Positions 1-20,340 of a stretch of DNA of 64,000 bases are shown here, one piece after another. Each line of letters begins with the position of its first letter. Positions within the stretch are counted from its first letter, which is position 1. Source of the DNA: the human T2T-CHM13v2.0 reference genome, Homo sapiens. The notes under the pieces were generated by a model, which ran no database searches, was not told the DNA's origin, and saw only the letters and a program-made list of their open reading frames with translations. The DNA lies in the NCBI RefSeq assembly GCF_009914755.1, contig NC_060925.1; one strand, written 5' to 3'. Position numbers and translations under genes: made by a program.

Positions 1-192
1 GTTCAGATAAATTGTATTTCTTGACAAGGTTATATAGTTAATAAGTGGCAGAGGCATGATTCAGACTCAAGACACTGTCTTGAGTCTGGGCACTGTCCTA
101 TCTGCACACAGGGCACTGTCCTATCTGCACACAGTAGGCCCACTCCATCAATGCCTGACCAAAACTGTGAGGTGTCATCCACTTAAAACTAT

Positions 193-1497
<1,305 letters not shown>

Positions 1498-1847
1498 CTA
1501 TGTTCTGTACTTAATCTTGGGAACAAAGGAGTTCAAACATCTGTGCAATGAATCAAAAATTAATAAAGGCCCTGATAAATTTAGGAAAGTTTGAATCTTT
1601 TTCCTCTGACTTTGATGATGTGACTTAAAGGCTGAACAAGGCCTAAAGGGCCAAATGAAGCAAGTTACCACACATTTCATGGACATGTCAGTGAAACCCG
1701 TGGATAACATTCGCTACTTGTTGATTCTTAGTATATGGAGATGCTGGTGCATAAAGGAAAAAGTATAAGCTCCCTCACCTTGCAAAAACAACTCACCCAG
1801 GGTAGATCTATGGGCACACAGAATTGCGGAGCTGGAGGGCCCATTGA

Positions 1848-2167
<320 letters not shown>

Positions 2168-2264
2168 AATTTTCTCATTTAACATATGAGAAAATTGAGG
2201 CTAGAGTGAGTAAAGTGATTTGCCAAAAGAAACCCTGAAACCAATGATAAACCTCATGTCTTGA

Positions 2265-4072
<1,808 letters not shown>

Positions 4073-4079
4073 TAAATTT

Positions 4080-4379
<300 letters not shown>

Positions 4380-4737
4380 AGTAAATTTTTTTTAATTAAA
4401 GGACAATGCACCTCCTCATTTCTGTTAGGATATTTGTAATTATCTGGTTTAACTAAATACATTAAACTAATTGCTATAGAGTGTTCCGTAAAGACTAGCC
4501 AAATAATAAAATTGACCAGTTAAAGTGACCTGTGTCTATTATAGCTACCTAAAACCTCTTTTTAAAAAATTGCACTTAGTTTGCAATCAGTAAGTTGTAA
4601 ATTAAAAATACTTAAGTGGATCCATTAACAGTGGAATAATCTGAAAAGGTTGTCCTATTAAAATTTGGCACTATCATAATATTAAATATCATTTGTTTGG
4701 GGATTTTTGGGGATGTTTCCACTGGTTTAAGATTCTA

Positions 4738-5008
4738 GGCGGGGCATAGTGGCTCATGCCTGTAATTCCAGCACTTTGAGAGGTCGAGGTGGGCAGATCA
4801 CTAGAGGTCAGGAGTTTGAGACCCACCTGGCCAACATGGTGAAATCCTGTCTCTACTAAAAATACAAAAATTAGCCAGGGGTGGTTGTGGGTTCCTGTAA
4901 TCCCAGCTACTTGGGAGGCTGAGGCAGGAGAATTGCTTGAACCCGGGAGGTGGAGGTTACAGTGAGCCCAGAGCAAAACTCTGTCTCAAAGAAAAAAAAA
5001 AAAAAAAG
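4738..5008 (+). mobile_element. Alu (AluS)
   Basis: Alu consensus; TSD aagattcta. Confidence 0.9.
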
Positions 5009-5899
5009 ATTCTATAGAAGAAAAAGCCCAAGGTATTCGGTTCCTGGATCTTGCTACTATCTTCCATAATTTGAAGACGTCACCACCTAAGGTGACCATC
5101 ATCTACTTACATGACTGAAAATTCTCATCACTTGGTGGTGAGCAGCTCAATGAGATGATTTGAACTTTAAGCTCTTTTTGCACAGGCAGGAGGGCTACCA
5201 CTTAAGACTGATTATACTTCAATTACTCTGATTGTTGGGTTTTAAGATGATTTCTTTGCAGCAGCTCTTGTCTAGCTTTTCATGGCTGCACCTTGAATCT
5301 ACAGGTAAATCTCCCGTTTTTGGGGGCTTATGTTATCTAAGATGTGTAACTAACGTTTCTTTCCCATTGTGACTGTACCAGTCAATCTAATGAACAAACT
5401 TCAGTCACTGCATATTTCCTTAGGGGAAGTTCCCCATGGAATTTATTCATATATTGATTAGACATGATGGCCAGAATCTCAATTTTCTTGGCATGCATTT
5501 TAATAGGTCTAACCCTGGTCAGTTTTGTCCACAACAGCTATTCCAAAGTTTCTTCACTCCCTTCAAGCTCCCTGCTTACTTTACAAAGTACCCCACTTAT
5601 CTCCAACTTTACAAAGATAATTGAGGCTCTCAGAAGTCCCTTAGCTCCTCCATCCACAAATGGACCTGTATCCCATTTCCATTTATCTTCTTCCATTCAG
5701 TCACAATCTCAGTAGAGGTGTTCTATTTTTGTCCTGGGCTGGGGCCTTAGCCTCCACCTAAAACTCTAGGTCCCATTTTTTACTGACTCTCCCAAGATCT
5801 TTCCCAATTATTCCTCTCTCTCTGCTGTAGTTCAGCCTCATAGACTACCATACGTATGAACAGAAAAAAGTAGAGATCACAGCCAGTTTGAATGACCCT

Positions 5900-7070
<1,171 letters not shown>

Positions 7071-7231
7071 AATTGACACACTGTATCTCTTCACATTTCC
7101 ATGTATCCTTGAAATAACATTTCATTATCTAAGGTCAAAAAACAAAACAAAACAAAATGAAAAACAATACCAAAAGAAAGGAGCAGAGATTTCACAGCCA
7201 GCCAGCCAAGGATTCCCCCTCTATTTACTAG

Positions 7232-7549
<318 letters not shown>

Positions 7550-7680
7550 TAGCTGTGTGATCTTAAGCAAGTTCTTTTACACTGTGGTAAAATACATATA
7601 ATATAAAATTCACTGTTAAGGTCTTAACCATTTTTAAGTGTGCAGTTCAGTAAAGTACATTCACACTGTGGTGCAACCAA

Positions 7681-7977
<297 letters not shown>

Positions 7978-8659
7978 TAATGTACTATTTTTATTCATAC
8001 ATTCAACAAATATTTTTTTACCCCTGCTATGTGCCAGCTACTGTCATAGGTGCCAGAGGTACCACAGTGAGCAACATAACAAATGTGGTGCCCTGAGCAT
8101 GTTTTGGGGGCAGATGCTACTTCATTAAGGATTGAATGGTGACTGGCACTCTCTCTACCCACTCCCATCTTTCTATACATTATTCTCTTCTGCAACTAAT
8201 AGAAGAAAAAACAGCTCAAGCTGCCTTCTCAGATACCATAAGCCTTGGCCCCCAGCTCTCCCCTTGTCCCCATGCCCTGCATCATAGAAGAGTTACCTTT
8301 GCCTTCTTTGATCTCACCCTTGTCCTTGTACATAGTCATATTGTAGGACTGATTAAAATGTATTTCTATTATAATCTCACCTGTCCATTTCCCCTACAAG
8401 GAGATGAGCTTCATGAAGGCACCAGTGGATGAGGCCTTACTTGTCTTAGTATTCCTAGGTCCTGGTATAGTGCTTGGCACATGGTAGACAATCAGTGAAT
8501 CTTTATTGGGTGGTTGAAGTTGAGAATTAATTATTTTTTAAATTAACCATCTGGAATATTATGATGGTTCTTTCTGTTCTCTTATATTGTGTTGGTTTAG
8601 AACTTGAACTGCAGGGATTTTAATAGGCAATGGAAACATACAGGAAACATCTTAATTTC

Positions 8660-8824
8660 TTTTTCCTTTATTTTTTATTTTTATTTTTTTAGAGACAGGG
8701 TCTCACGCTGTTACCCTGGCTGGAGTGCAATGGCTCACTGTAACCTCAAACTCCTAGGCTCAAGCAATCCTCTCACCTTGGCCTCCGAAAGCACTGGGAT
8801 TATAAGCATGAGCCGCTGTGCCTG
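8660..8824 (-). mobile_element. Partial AluJ/FLAM
   Basis: Truncated reverse Alu. Confidence 0.75.
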
Positions 8825-9129
8825 ATCTCCTATTTCCTTTAGATATTCTTCTACTGCCAGTAATTTGGCAAATAAAGTTGGGCTACTCAAAGTCTTTTTC
8901 ATTCCCCTTTTTCTAGCGTGTTAGCAGTGGAAAGAACCTTAGATAACCCCTTTCTTTTATCAGATTAGGAAGCCGATGACTGTGTAGTGCTATGGTTTGC
9001 ACAGGGTCACATGCCTAACGAGTGGTAGAATTCCATATGCGAATCTCATTGTTCATTCAATGCTTTTTCCACTATCCTCTGCCATCTGGCAAACATTCAA
9101 AGCCACAAATATTTATGGGGTGCCTATTA

Positions 9130-9797
<668 letters not shown>

Positions 9798-9890
9798 TAA
9801 GGTACATGGAAAAATCCATGGAGGTAATGAGCTCCAACTGAAGAACTGGCAGATCACTTTGGAGTAAAGGCGGTATCTTAACAGTGAGCA

Positions 9891-10186
9891 GACCAGCCCA
9901 GTTGCTCACACCTGTAATCCCAGCACATTGGGAGGCTGAAGCAGGAGGATCCCTTGAGCCCAGGATTTCAAGACCAGCATAGGGAACACAGACTCCTGCC
10001 TCCAGAATTTTTTTTTTTTAATTAGCCAGGCATGGTAGCACATGCCTGTGTCTCAGCTACCCAGGAGGCTGAGGCAGAGGATCATTTGAGCCAGAGAGGT
10101 CGAGGCTGCAGTGAGCTATGATCGTGCCACTGCACTCCAACTGGGCAACAGAGTAAGACACTGTCTCAAAAAAGAAAAGAAAAGAG
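9891..10186 (+). mobile_element. Alu (AluJ)
   Basis: Diverged Alu consensus. Confidence 0.85.
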
Positions 10187-12461
10187 AACTGTGAGCACCC
10201 CCTTCTCCTTTGAGAGAGAGGGTATGGGTGTGTGGAGATGAGGACACGGCATCCTTCAGCGTCCCTGGATGCCATTTCTGGCACAGCTGGCAGGGTTGGA
10301 ATGCTGCTCACCTCTCATTGTGTGCTTCCAGAAGAGATGAGGAACCATGACAATACCCAGACCAGCCACAGGTTTTCTGAACAGAAAAGAAAGAACCAAG
10401 CTCAGTATTTCAGACATATATTTACAACCTTATCTTTTCTTAATCTAAAATGTTCCTGAAGAAGGACTTTTGAACCAAGACTCTCAGTTTGCAATACAAC
10501 CTGATTTTGTAAACAAAAAACAAAAAACAAAAACCTCCAGAAATGCTCAGGATATTAAGTGACACAGAACTACAAAGAATAGTCTGTAGAATTAATGTGC
10601 TAATGAGGTACTGACACAGCTTTGCTCAGGATTAACACATTCAGGAGCCAACCAATTAACTGTCCTTTCTAATACCTCCCAGGCAAATTTCTGCGTTCAA
10701 AACTTGGTACGGCTCCTGGCCTATGTAAATCTCAGCTCCCATACACATTTTTTTTTTTTTTTCTGGGCTTGACTTGTGTAGGGGGCAGGTTGGGTAAATG
10801 AATAATCTTAAAGCTAGCTGAGTGGCACATCCCAGATTGAGTTCTTGTGTCATTACACTGAATGTTGGTTATATACCTGCACAATCATGCATTTCCTTAG
10901 CATCACCTCATTCCTTCGTGGATTCACACAGCCTTTCCCTGACCCTGCTCTGGGTCAGAGCAGAAGCCATGCTCGCTGGGCTTCTATTTTGCCAACTGTT
11001 CGTTGCTGACCTTCCTCTCTACTTAATATCCATGTATCATGCAGAGTCCTTGCCAAAGTAAAAAGAAGGTAAGCATCTCTGGATCCAAACGTCTAACAGT
11101 TGAGTCAGCCACAGACACTTTTAAAGGAGGATCTTTTGGAAATATCACACCACATATATATTTCTATTCCTCTCTCCTTATTTTAAGAGCCCTTCCAAGG
11201 TCTCCAAAAATATCTCTTCTCTTCATGAGGTTTTTTTCTTCTTTAAGATGTTTCAGAGTCAAGACTGGGAAAGACAATGTCGTAAAACGTTTTATATTTG
11301 CATCACTATACAGAGCTCCTCCATTCCCTTTTCTGGAAACCTCCTTCTGAAGGGACAATAGCTGGTTTTCTTCTCTAAATCATTAATTCAACAAATGTGC
11401 ACTGAGAGTAACCCTGTGCATGCCATCTATTGCGCTAGGTGCTGAAGAGGAGATACGAGGAGCAAGTCCTGTTGGAACATCAAAGTTAACAGGATTTCTC
11501 CATTTTGCCTACCTGTCAGAAGAAAGCTTGCCAATTTTATACTTCCTTTTCTGGCTATTGGGTGAAAAGGAGATGATTTATGAGTATTCCAAATGTCTTC
11601 CTCCTCTATCTAATTTCTCCATCCGTTCATCCATCCACTCACCCCAACACTTTAAAGGGCCCTTCCAACTTCAGTGCTTCCTTTGGACCAAGTACTATGC
11701 TAGGCACTGAGGATACACACAGGGCAAGACCTGCCCTCTGCCCCCAGGGAAGTCCCAGTCCAGAGGGACACAGTTGTATGATCAAGACACAGTTGTATGA
11801 TTCACGTAGGAACTAGAATGTCATTGCTAGAGTAGAGGTATGCACACAATGCTAAGGAATCAAGATCGTAGTTTTGAGCAGCTGAGGCTGATTGTGGATT
11901 CATTCATAAAACAGATTTCTTTTTGTTGTTGTTGTTGATGGCTGCTTTAATTCCCTTTAGGTATATTGCAAGGAAATTTAGAAACAGCAAAATCCAGATT
12001 CCAATTTGATATGTATAATCTGTTGATACTTTGGGGGCACGGTTTGGTCCTTCCATTTCTCCATGGTCCTTCTTCACCTGCGGCTCTGGACCTTCTCAAA
12101 GGCGTGCTGTGGGTCTGTTCCCCTCGTTCAGCTCATTGTGTGCTTTCCCTTCCCATCCACATCCCCAGTCATGATAGGAGACATTTCAGGACCCACAGAG
12201 CCTGGGCTGGCAGTACCAGTTGACAAGGAGGAGTGTGAGAGGGAGTCTTTCATAGACAATGAAGAGGAAGAAGTAAAAGTGGCAGGCGAGGAGAGCAGAA
12301 AAAGGAGAGAAGGAAACAGGGAGGAAGGACAAAGCCGACAATGAAGGAGAGGCGGCTGCAGCAGCAGTCTTGGTTCTAACCAGATCTCTTCAAGACCTGA
12401 TGCTGAGCAATTTCTGTAACTGAGAATCAGGCTTATAGAAGGGCTGGCTGCAACAGTCCTT

Positions 12462-12516
12462 CCAAATATGGGGGCAAGGTGAAGCAGAATTGCAGGAATA
12501 CCGAAGACCTGACTCA
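12462..12516. promoter_or_regulatory. Candidate SRF/AP-1 element (CArG CCAAATATGG + TGACTCA)
   Basis: Perfect CC(W)6GG at 12462-12471 and AP-1 heptamer at 12510-12516 in non-repetitive DNA. Confidence 0.4.
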
Positions 12517-13026
12517 CTTGCTGAGCGACATCTTAAAGGACGATTTCGCTTCAAAATTATGAAGTCAGGGGAAAGAAAACTCTCTCAGGATCCATCATGT
12601 GTTGCTTTTGGAAATTATTATTTTGGAGCACAAGCTGTTTCCTGTCTTTAAAGCCTATTATCTATTTCCCTTCCAGGTGGAGGTTGGGCTGCCTGCTAAT
12701 TTAATCCCCTGGGCTTCCCCCTCTGCCTTCAAGATCTCACAGACGTTCAGGCTTCATAAAGAGGGCACTTTTGTGTCTTCCTCCCCTGAAGGCCTCCATC
12801 TACCATGGCAGCAAAGGAGCTGCTATTTTGGGAAACAGCAGCAGAGTTGGGAGGGTTGTTAATTGTTTGTCAAACCCTTCCATGGGGGGGCAAGAAAAAG
12901 AGCAGAGCAGTGCCCTTGCCTTCACTCTATTTCACTCTTGCATCTGTGAGAAGGGAGGGGAAAAGAGGACTCCTTGTCCTTTTCAGGCACAGGCACCCAA
13001 ACTAATTAAAAAAAAAAAAAAAACAA

Positions 13027-13359
<333 letters not shown>

Positions 13360-13819
13360 CTACCCAATGGAAAGACATAAACAAACATAATATTGTCCAA
13401 GAAGCCAATCAAAATAGTTTAAAAATCATTTATAACCTCAAAAACAAAACAAAAACAGCCAAGCAAAAACCCTTCATAACAGAAATGAAACACCAGGGGT
13501 TTTGCCGTCCATTCTGATCAAACCACCGCAGCCAAACTGACTAAGCAGATCCCCAAGCCCCGCCAACACCCCACTGACACACATGAAAACAATTCTAGCC
13601 AGGCACACTAACGGGATAATTCACCATGACACACACTCACCCCATCACAGCACAGACAAGTTCAAAATCAAACAGAAAAAGTCCCAGACTAAGAAAAAGC
13701 TACTCGGGACTGTGACCTCAGAGGCCCCCATGTGATTCTAAGACTTTCCAAGAGTTAGGTGAGCCCCTGAAGGAAATGGGTGGGAAGGGGCAAAGACCGG
13801 GAACCCAAATCTTATGCTT

Positions 13820-14110
13820 CTTTTTTTTTGAGACAGGGTCTCGCTCTGTTGCCCAGGCTGGAGTGTAGTGATGTGATCTGGGCTCACTGAAACCTCTGCC
13901 TCCCAGGTTCAAGCAATTCTTGTGACTCAGCCTCCAGAGTAACTGGGATTACAGGCATGCGCCACCACACCCGGCTAAGTTTTGTATTTTTAGTAGAGAC
14001 GGGGTTTCACCATGTTGGCCAGGCTGATCTCAAACTCCTGGGCTCAAGTGATGTGCCTGCCTTGGCCTCCCAAAGTGCTGGGATTATAGGTGTAAGCCAC
14101 CGCACAGGCC
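13820..14110 (-). mobile_element. Alu
   Basis: Reverse Alu; TSD aaatcttatgcttctt. Confidence 0.9.
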
Positions 14111-14205
14111 AAAATCTTATGCTTCTTAATAGGGCAACACCACCAATCACTTTATAACTACTTGGTTTTCTTCCTAGACCAATGCTCATGTGGAAGCATG
14201 GCTAA

Positions 14206-14443
<238 letters not shown>

Positions 14444-15339
14444 TAATAGAGGAGTTGGGCTCAGAGAACTATGTAAGTGATAATGATAAAGGGAAGGATA
14501 TGAGAGAATGCCTATTTTACATTTTTCCTCAAAAGAGCTCAGACTGCCTTATAAACACAAATCTACTAATCCGCCACACACTAGCTCCTGGTTAGCCAGC
14601 AGATCTGAAACTTCCTTTTGCACTGGAGGATGTGTTTGTATAAATACTTACTCAGAATTTGCTTAGTCAAAATGAGCATACGATGGGTTAGTGATTTAGG
14701 GTTTTTGAATTGAATGAACATTCATGTTAGAATTTAGATCAGCTGTGTTGATCTAAAGTGAACTTGACTAATGAATTAGAATATGTTCTATTAGCCACTA
14801 CAGTTAGAATAGGAGGAGGGGGAAGGGGGCAAGATTTTCTTATTGGCTGAAAGAAATATATAGGTGGTCCCTAAATGAGCTGCTGATACCCTGCAAGGTT
14901 TTCAGTGCATCAGTAATCCACAATAAACGTTTAATCAGAACAGAGTGGGCAAGCAATTAGCTCAGTGATAAAAATCACACATTTGTAAACACCATGGCAG
15001 GAAAAGGAAACTGTTTAAAATCAACTTATTTTTTGTGAAAAATAGCTTTTATAGGGAAATGGTATAATGTAGAATCATGAAAAATTACGAGCTAGGCTAA
15101 GATAAAATGTATTTGCAGTAATATTTGGTTAATCTACCACTAGAATAATTTATGTCAAGTACCTTTTTTATCCTCTAGTTGGCTGCGTTTAAATATTCTG
15201 GCCTCAAATTTTAGGAACCCATTAATTAATCCATTTATTCAATAGTCATTCATCCCCTGATACAAACATAGCAATATTCAGGGTGCTGGTTACAGGGAGG
15301 GCAGGATGCAAAAAAGTGTAATGAAGCATCTCCCAGCAC

Positions 15340-15601
15340 TTTGTTTATTTATTTTTCGAGACAGAGTCTTGCTCTGTAGCCCAGGCTGGAGTGCAGTGGT
15401 GTGATCTTGACCCCACCTCTCCAGTTCAAACGATTCTTGTGCCTCAGCCTCCCGAGTGAGTAGCTGGGATTACCAGCATGTGTCACCACACCCGGCTAAT
15501 TTTTGTAATTTTAGTAGAGACGGGATTTCACCACGTTGGCCAGGCTGGCCTTGAACTCCTGACCTCAGGTGATCTGCCCGCCTTGGCCTCCCAAAGTGCT
15601 G
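15340..15601 (-). mobile_element. Alu (5'-truncated)
   Basis: Reverse Alu; TSD tctcc(c/g)agcactt. Confidence 0.85.
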
Positions 15602-15892
15602 TCTCCGAGCACTTAATGCTATTTGGAAATGAGAACTATATCCACATAAAAGTTAAGTAATATGAGTAAACAAAATATAATACAAAACAGAAATATAAGG
15701 GATACCACAAGATAGTGAGTGCTACTGTGGTTTTAAGTAACAAACAACTGTTGGATTATGAGAGAGAGAGTGTGTGTGTGAGCACACAATAAGCATCAAT
15801 GGGCACAGAAGACTTCCTGGAGGAAGTGATGTGCAGAATTTGGGCGGGAGGGAAGATGATTTCTTCTTTAAGAAACTAGATGAGATATATAC

Positions 15893-16183
15893 TTTTTTTT
15901 TTCTTTTTTTGAGACAGAGTGTCGCTCTTGTTGCCCAAGCTGGAGTGCAATGGCGTGATCTGGGCTTACTGCAACCTCTGCCTCCTGGGTTCAAGCGATT
16001 TGCTTCTGGAGCAGCTGGGATTACAGGCACGCACCACCACGCCTAGCTAATTTTTGTATTTTTAGTAGAGACAGGGTTTCACCATGTTGGTCAGGCTGGT
16101 CTCGAACTCCTGAGCTCAGGTGATCCACCCGCCTCAGCCTCCCAAAGTGCTGGGATTACAGGTCTGAGCCACCGCACTCGGCC
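15893..16183 (-). mobile_element. Alu (AluS)
   Basis: Reverse Alu; TSD agatatatactttt. Confidence 0.9.
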
Positions 16184-16329
16184 AAGATATATACTTTTGA
16201 TTAGATCTGTCTAGCTGAGAAAGAGGGCATTTATGTTGTTCAGGATAGTAGAAAGGTTGGAAAGATTAGCCTAGGTTCATAGAATCATAGAATTTTGGAC
16301 CTAAAATGATTCTAAAACAATCAGCTAGG

Positions 16330-16505
16330 ACACCAGTTCTCAAATGTGGATGCACGTTGTAATTACTCACGGAGCTTTTAAAAATTTCAGTGCTGGGTTT
16401 CACCCCAGAGACTGATTTAACTGATCTGGGTGAGGCCTGGGTGTCTGGAAGTTTAAAAGTTCCCCAGGTGATTCTAACGTACAGCCTTAGTTTGAGGTCT
16501 ACTGA
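16330..16505. mobile_element. MER5-type hAT-Charlie relic
   Basis: cagttctcaaa...ttccccaggtgattctaa...agtttgag..ctactg. Confidence 0.6.
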
Positions 16506-17176
16506 TTTAGTCCAACTCCCCAGTTTTATGAGAAAAGGACCACCTTCAAATTTGCTGACACACAGCTGGTAAGAGCTGCCAGGACACCCAATGAGCCCCA
16601 GCTCTATGCACCACTCTCGGTTGTTTGTCTTTGACAATGTATTGTGTAGTACTCTGGAGACCACGCCAGAGAATTGGATTTTTGCCATAAAAGGTCATGG
16701 GAAGCCACTGAGGGTTTTTGTGCAGGAAAATGGCACATTAAAAACAAATGGTCCTGCAACTTCTAGAAAGACATCAGAATTGAAAGGAATAAATGCACCC
16801 TAACAACCCAGGGGATTGATGTTATCCATGTAAATACTCCTCTGAAATTTAAGTTTTCATGTTTATATTTTGAATTAAAAACTAATATTGTGATAATTTC
16901 TATGTCATGGCATTCAAATAAGGAGAACTGTGCTCCTCGAACTTGTGGTTGTCTGTTTAGAAAGAACTTTCTTCTGGCCAATTAGTTCTGTTGTTTACAT
17001 TTTTCTTTGATTTTCTCCTTAACTCTACAACTATCTAAGTGTTTTATGTTTCATTTCTTTTAAAATTTATCTTTTCTGTCCTTTCCCTCTTCCCCAATCA
17101 AGGACATTTGTTAATTGCCCACAATATGCTCATGCATATTTATATGTCTACACCTCCCTCTCCCCTTATTGTCCCC

Positions 17177-17605
17177 AGGGCAGTATTGTCCAATAGAAAT
17201 ATAATTTGAGCCACATATGTAAAATTTTATAAACAGATTAAATTAATATTAATAATCTATTTTATTTAACCCAATATATCTAAATTATATAATTTCAACA
17301 TATAGCCATTATAAAAATACAAATGAGATATTTTACATTCTCTTTTTCATCCTATGTCTTTGAAACCTGCTGTGTATTTTACGGTTACAGCACATATCAA
17401 CTGAGATGCTAGATTTTCAAAATTCAAAAACATGACACAATAAGATTGGGTTTCAGGGAACACGTATTCTGCTTCAATTTTTAAATTTAAATGGATTAAA
17501 ATTACATAAAACGTAAAATGCAGTTCCTCAGTTGTACTTAACACATTTCATGTGCTCACTAGCCACATGTGGCTAGTAGCCAATGTAGTGAACAGCACAG
17601 GTCTA
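17177..17605. mobile_element. MER33/MER3-type hAT-Charlie relic
   Basis: tgtccaatagaaatataat.tgagccacatatg ... agccacatgtggctagtagc...gaacagcacag. Confidence 0.7.
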
Positions 17606-17773
17606 GGGTTTTATATGGTGGTGTTTTCTCATTCTGCAGCTTGATAGGATCCTAGGCTCATTTTAATGAGTTTGATTGCTCTACCCTTATTGAAGAATCT
17701 GTTTTCCTTAGGAGTCTTAAAGGAGACAGAATCTGAAAAAGTTGATCATAAAAACAATTTAAGGTTCTCTAGT

Positions 17774-18100
17774 GGCCGGTGCAATGGCTCACGCCTGTAA
17801 TCCTAGCATTTTGGGAGGCTAAGGCAGGCAGATCACTTGAGGTCGGGAATTCAAGACCAGCTTGGCCAACATGGTGAAACCCTATCTCTACTAAAAATAC
17901 AAAAAAATTAACCAGGTGTGGTGGCGCACGCCTGTAATCCCAGGGAGGCTAAGACACAAGAATCTCTTGAACCCAGGACGCAGAGGTTGCAGTAAGCTGA
18001 GATCCCACCACTGTACTCCAGCCTGGGTGACAGAGCAAGACTCTGTCTAAAAAACAAAAACAAAAACAAAACAAAAACCAAAAAACAGAAAAAACAAAAA
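17774..18100 (+). mobile_element. Alu (AluS)
   Basis: Alu consensus; TSD aaaaacaatttaaggtt. Confidence 0.9.
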
Positions 18101-18273
18101 ACAATTTAAGGTTATCTGAACAAAGATTCAAAATTTAGTACAAGAAGGTGGGCAGGGTTGTAAGCAGTTTAGGAATGAAAATGGAGAGAAGGGAAAAAGA
18201 CAGGTTTTGATGTGCATTCCTAGTCAAACACCATTTGAAAATTTAAAAATTATATAGAAAATCAAGCAGCCAG

Positions 18274-18988
<715 letters not shown>

Positions 18989-19839
18989 TCAGAAGAAAAA
19001 AAGGAGTATCACTTACATAAAGTGCTAATAATGTATTTTTATAGATCTTTTCCCCCTAAATATTTAGTATGTCATACAAATGACTATTTGATTGCATAAG
19101 CAATTTTGACACTGCCCCTCACCCCCCACCAATTGAAAATGTCCTAATATTGAAAGGTAGGGACAGTGCAAATAACTTATTTTTCTTTCACCAACTCCCT
19201 TCTTACTAATTGTTACTTCTCACATAGCTACCGTGTGCATAATCTGTAGTGGGTTTGCACAGACTAGACGTAATTTAAGGCAAGTTAAGATCTTTAATCA
19301 TCTGATAATAATACTTAGCCTTCAATTAGTTGTGTAAACAAGGGCGTAAATAGTGTCAACAGCAGTGGGCAGAGCAGCCTGTGCGACAGGAATCCACAGG
19401 CTTGAGCCCAGATAGCGCCTGAGTGACCTCAGACAGCTGTGGAAACAGCAGAGCCCAAAGCTCCTTGTACTAATCTGCCTGTGCCCAGCAGAGGGGTGAA
19501 AAGACAGAACAGACCTGTGGGAGGTGCTCTGGCCTTTTCTTCCAGAGCAGTTGGTTCCTCTGTTCTTCTGACAACCCTACTGTTTCTGATCATGCTGCGA
19601 ACTTCTCTTTTCAACTGACAAAATCTCAGAGATGGATGATGGCAAATTCTAACTCAGTTCCTGCTTGCTAAATCTTAAAAGAATATGCTATCGTCCTGCT
19701 TTTTTTGGTAGGTGGAGGTGAAGTTTCCTGATCATACGAACTCGGGCCCTCCAGACATGAGTTCTAAAGGTTCCATTTCGTTGGCTCAGGATCAAAGAAA
19801 ATCCTGATAATGACAGTGATAATGTGCAACTTGCAAGTC

Positions 19840-20340
19840 ATCAGACATTTATTAAGCACCTATTATGTGGTACAGCAGAAAAAGCATTAAAAATTCAACA
19901 AGTACTAAGAGTGTACCTACTATGTGTTCAGAACTGTGCTAGGCACTGGTGTGATAACAATAACCATAATAACAACAATAACTAAGAATTATAAGTGTTT
20001 ATATGGTGCTAGGAACTGTACTAAGCAATTTAGTTATTTTTATTATTCCCATTTTTCACAGGAGACTGAGGCACAAAGAGGTTAAATAACTTGCCTATAT
20101 AAGCAAACTAAAATATGGATTTCCCATTTCACCTAGAGGTGAGATGACTTTCCAAAGGTCACACAGCAGTGAGAAGAGGAGCCAGGCAATCTAGCCCCAT
20201 GACCCCACATTGGAGCTTTAAGTAGGTTAAATGTAAATGAAGATAATGATATCTACTTTCAGAACTTTATAAATGTGCTAAATAATGCATGTACTATGTC
20301 TAGCACAGTGCTTGGTAAACATTATTATTATTAGGAATTC
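19840..20340. mobile_element. Cluster of L2/MIR relics
   Basis: acatttattaagcacctattatgtg; cccatttttcacaggagactgaggcacaaagaggttaaataacttgcc. Confidence 0.6.

Noticed and set aside
11164-11610. Protein-like minus-strand segments (EENQLLSLQKEV..., IEEEDIWNTH...) suggesting a decayed gene
   Set aside because: The putative acceptors are L2 terminal repeats without pyrimidine tracts, the spliced frame stops quickly, and I recognise no homologue. A tblastx against mammals would settle it.
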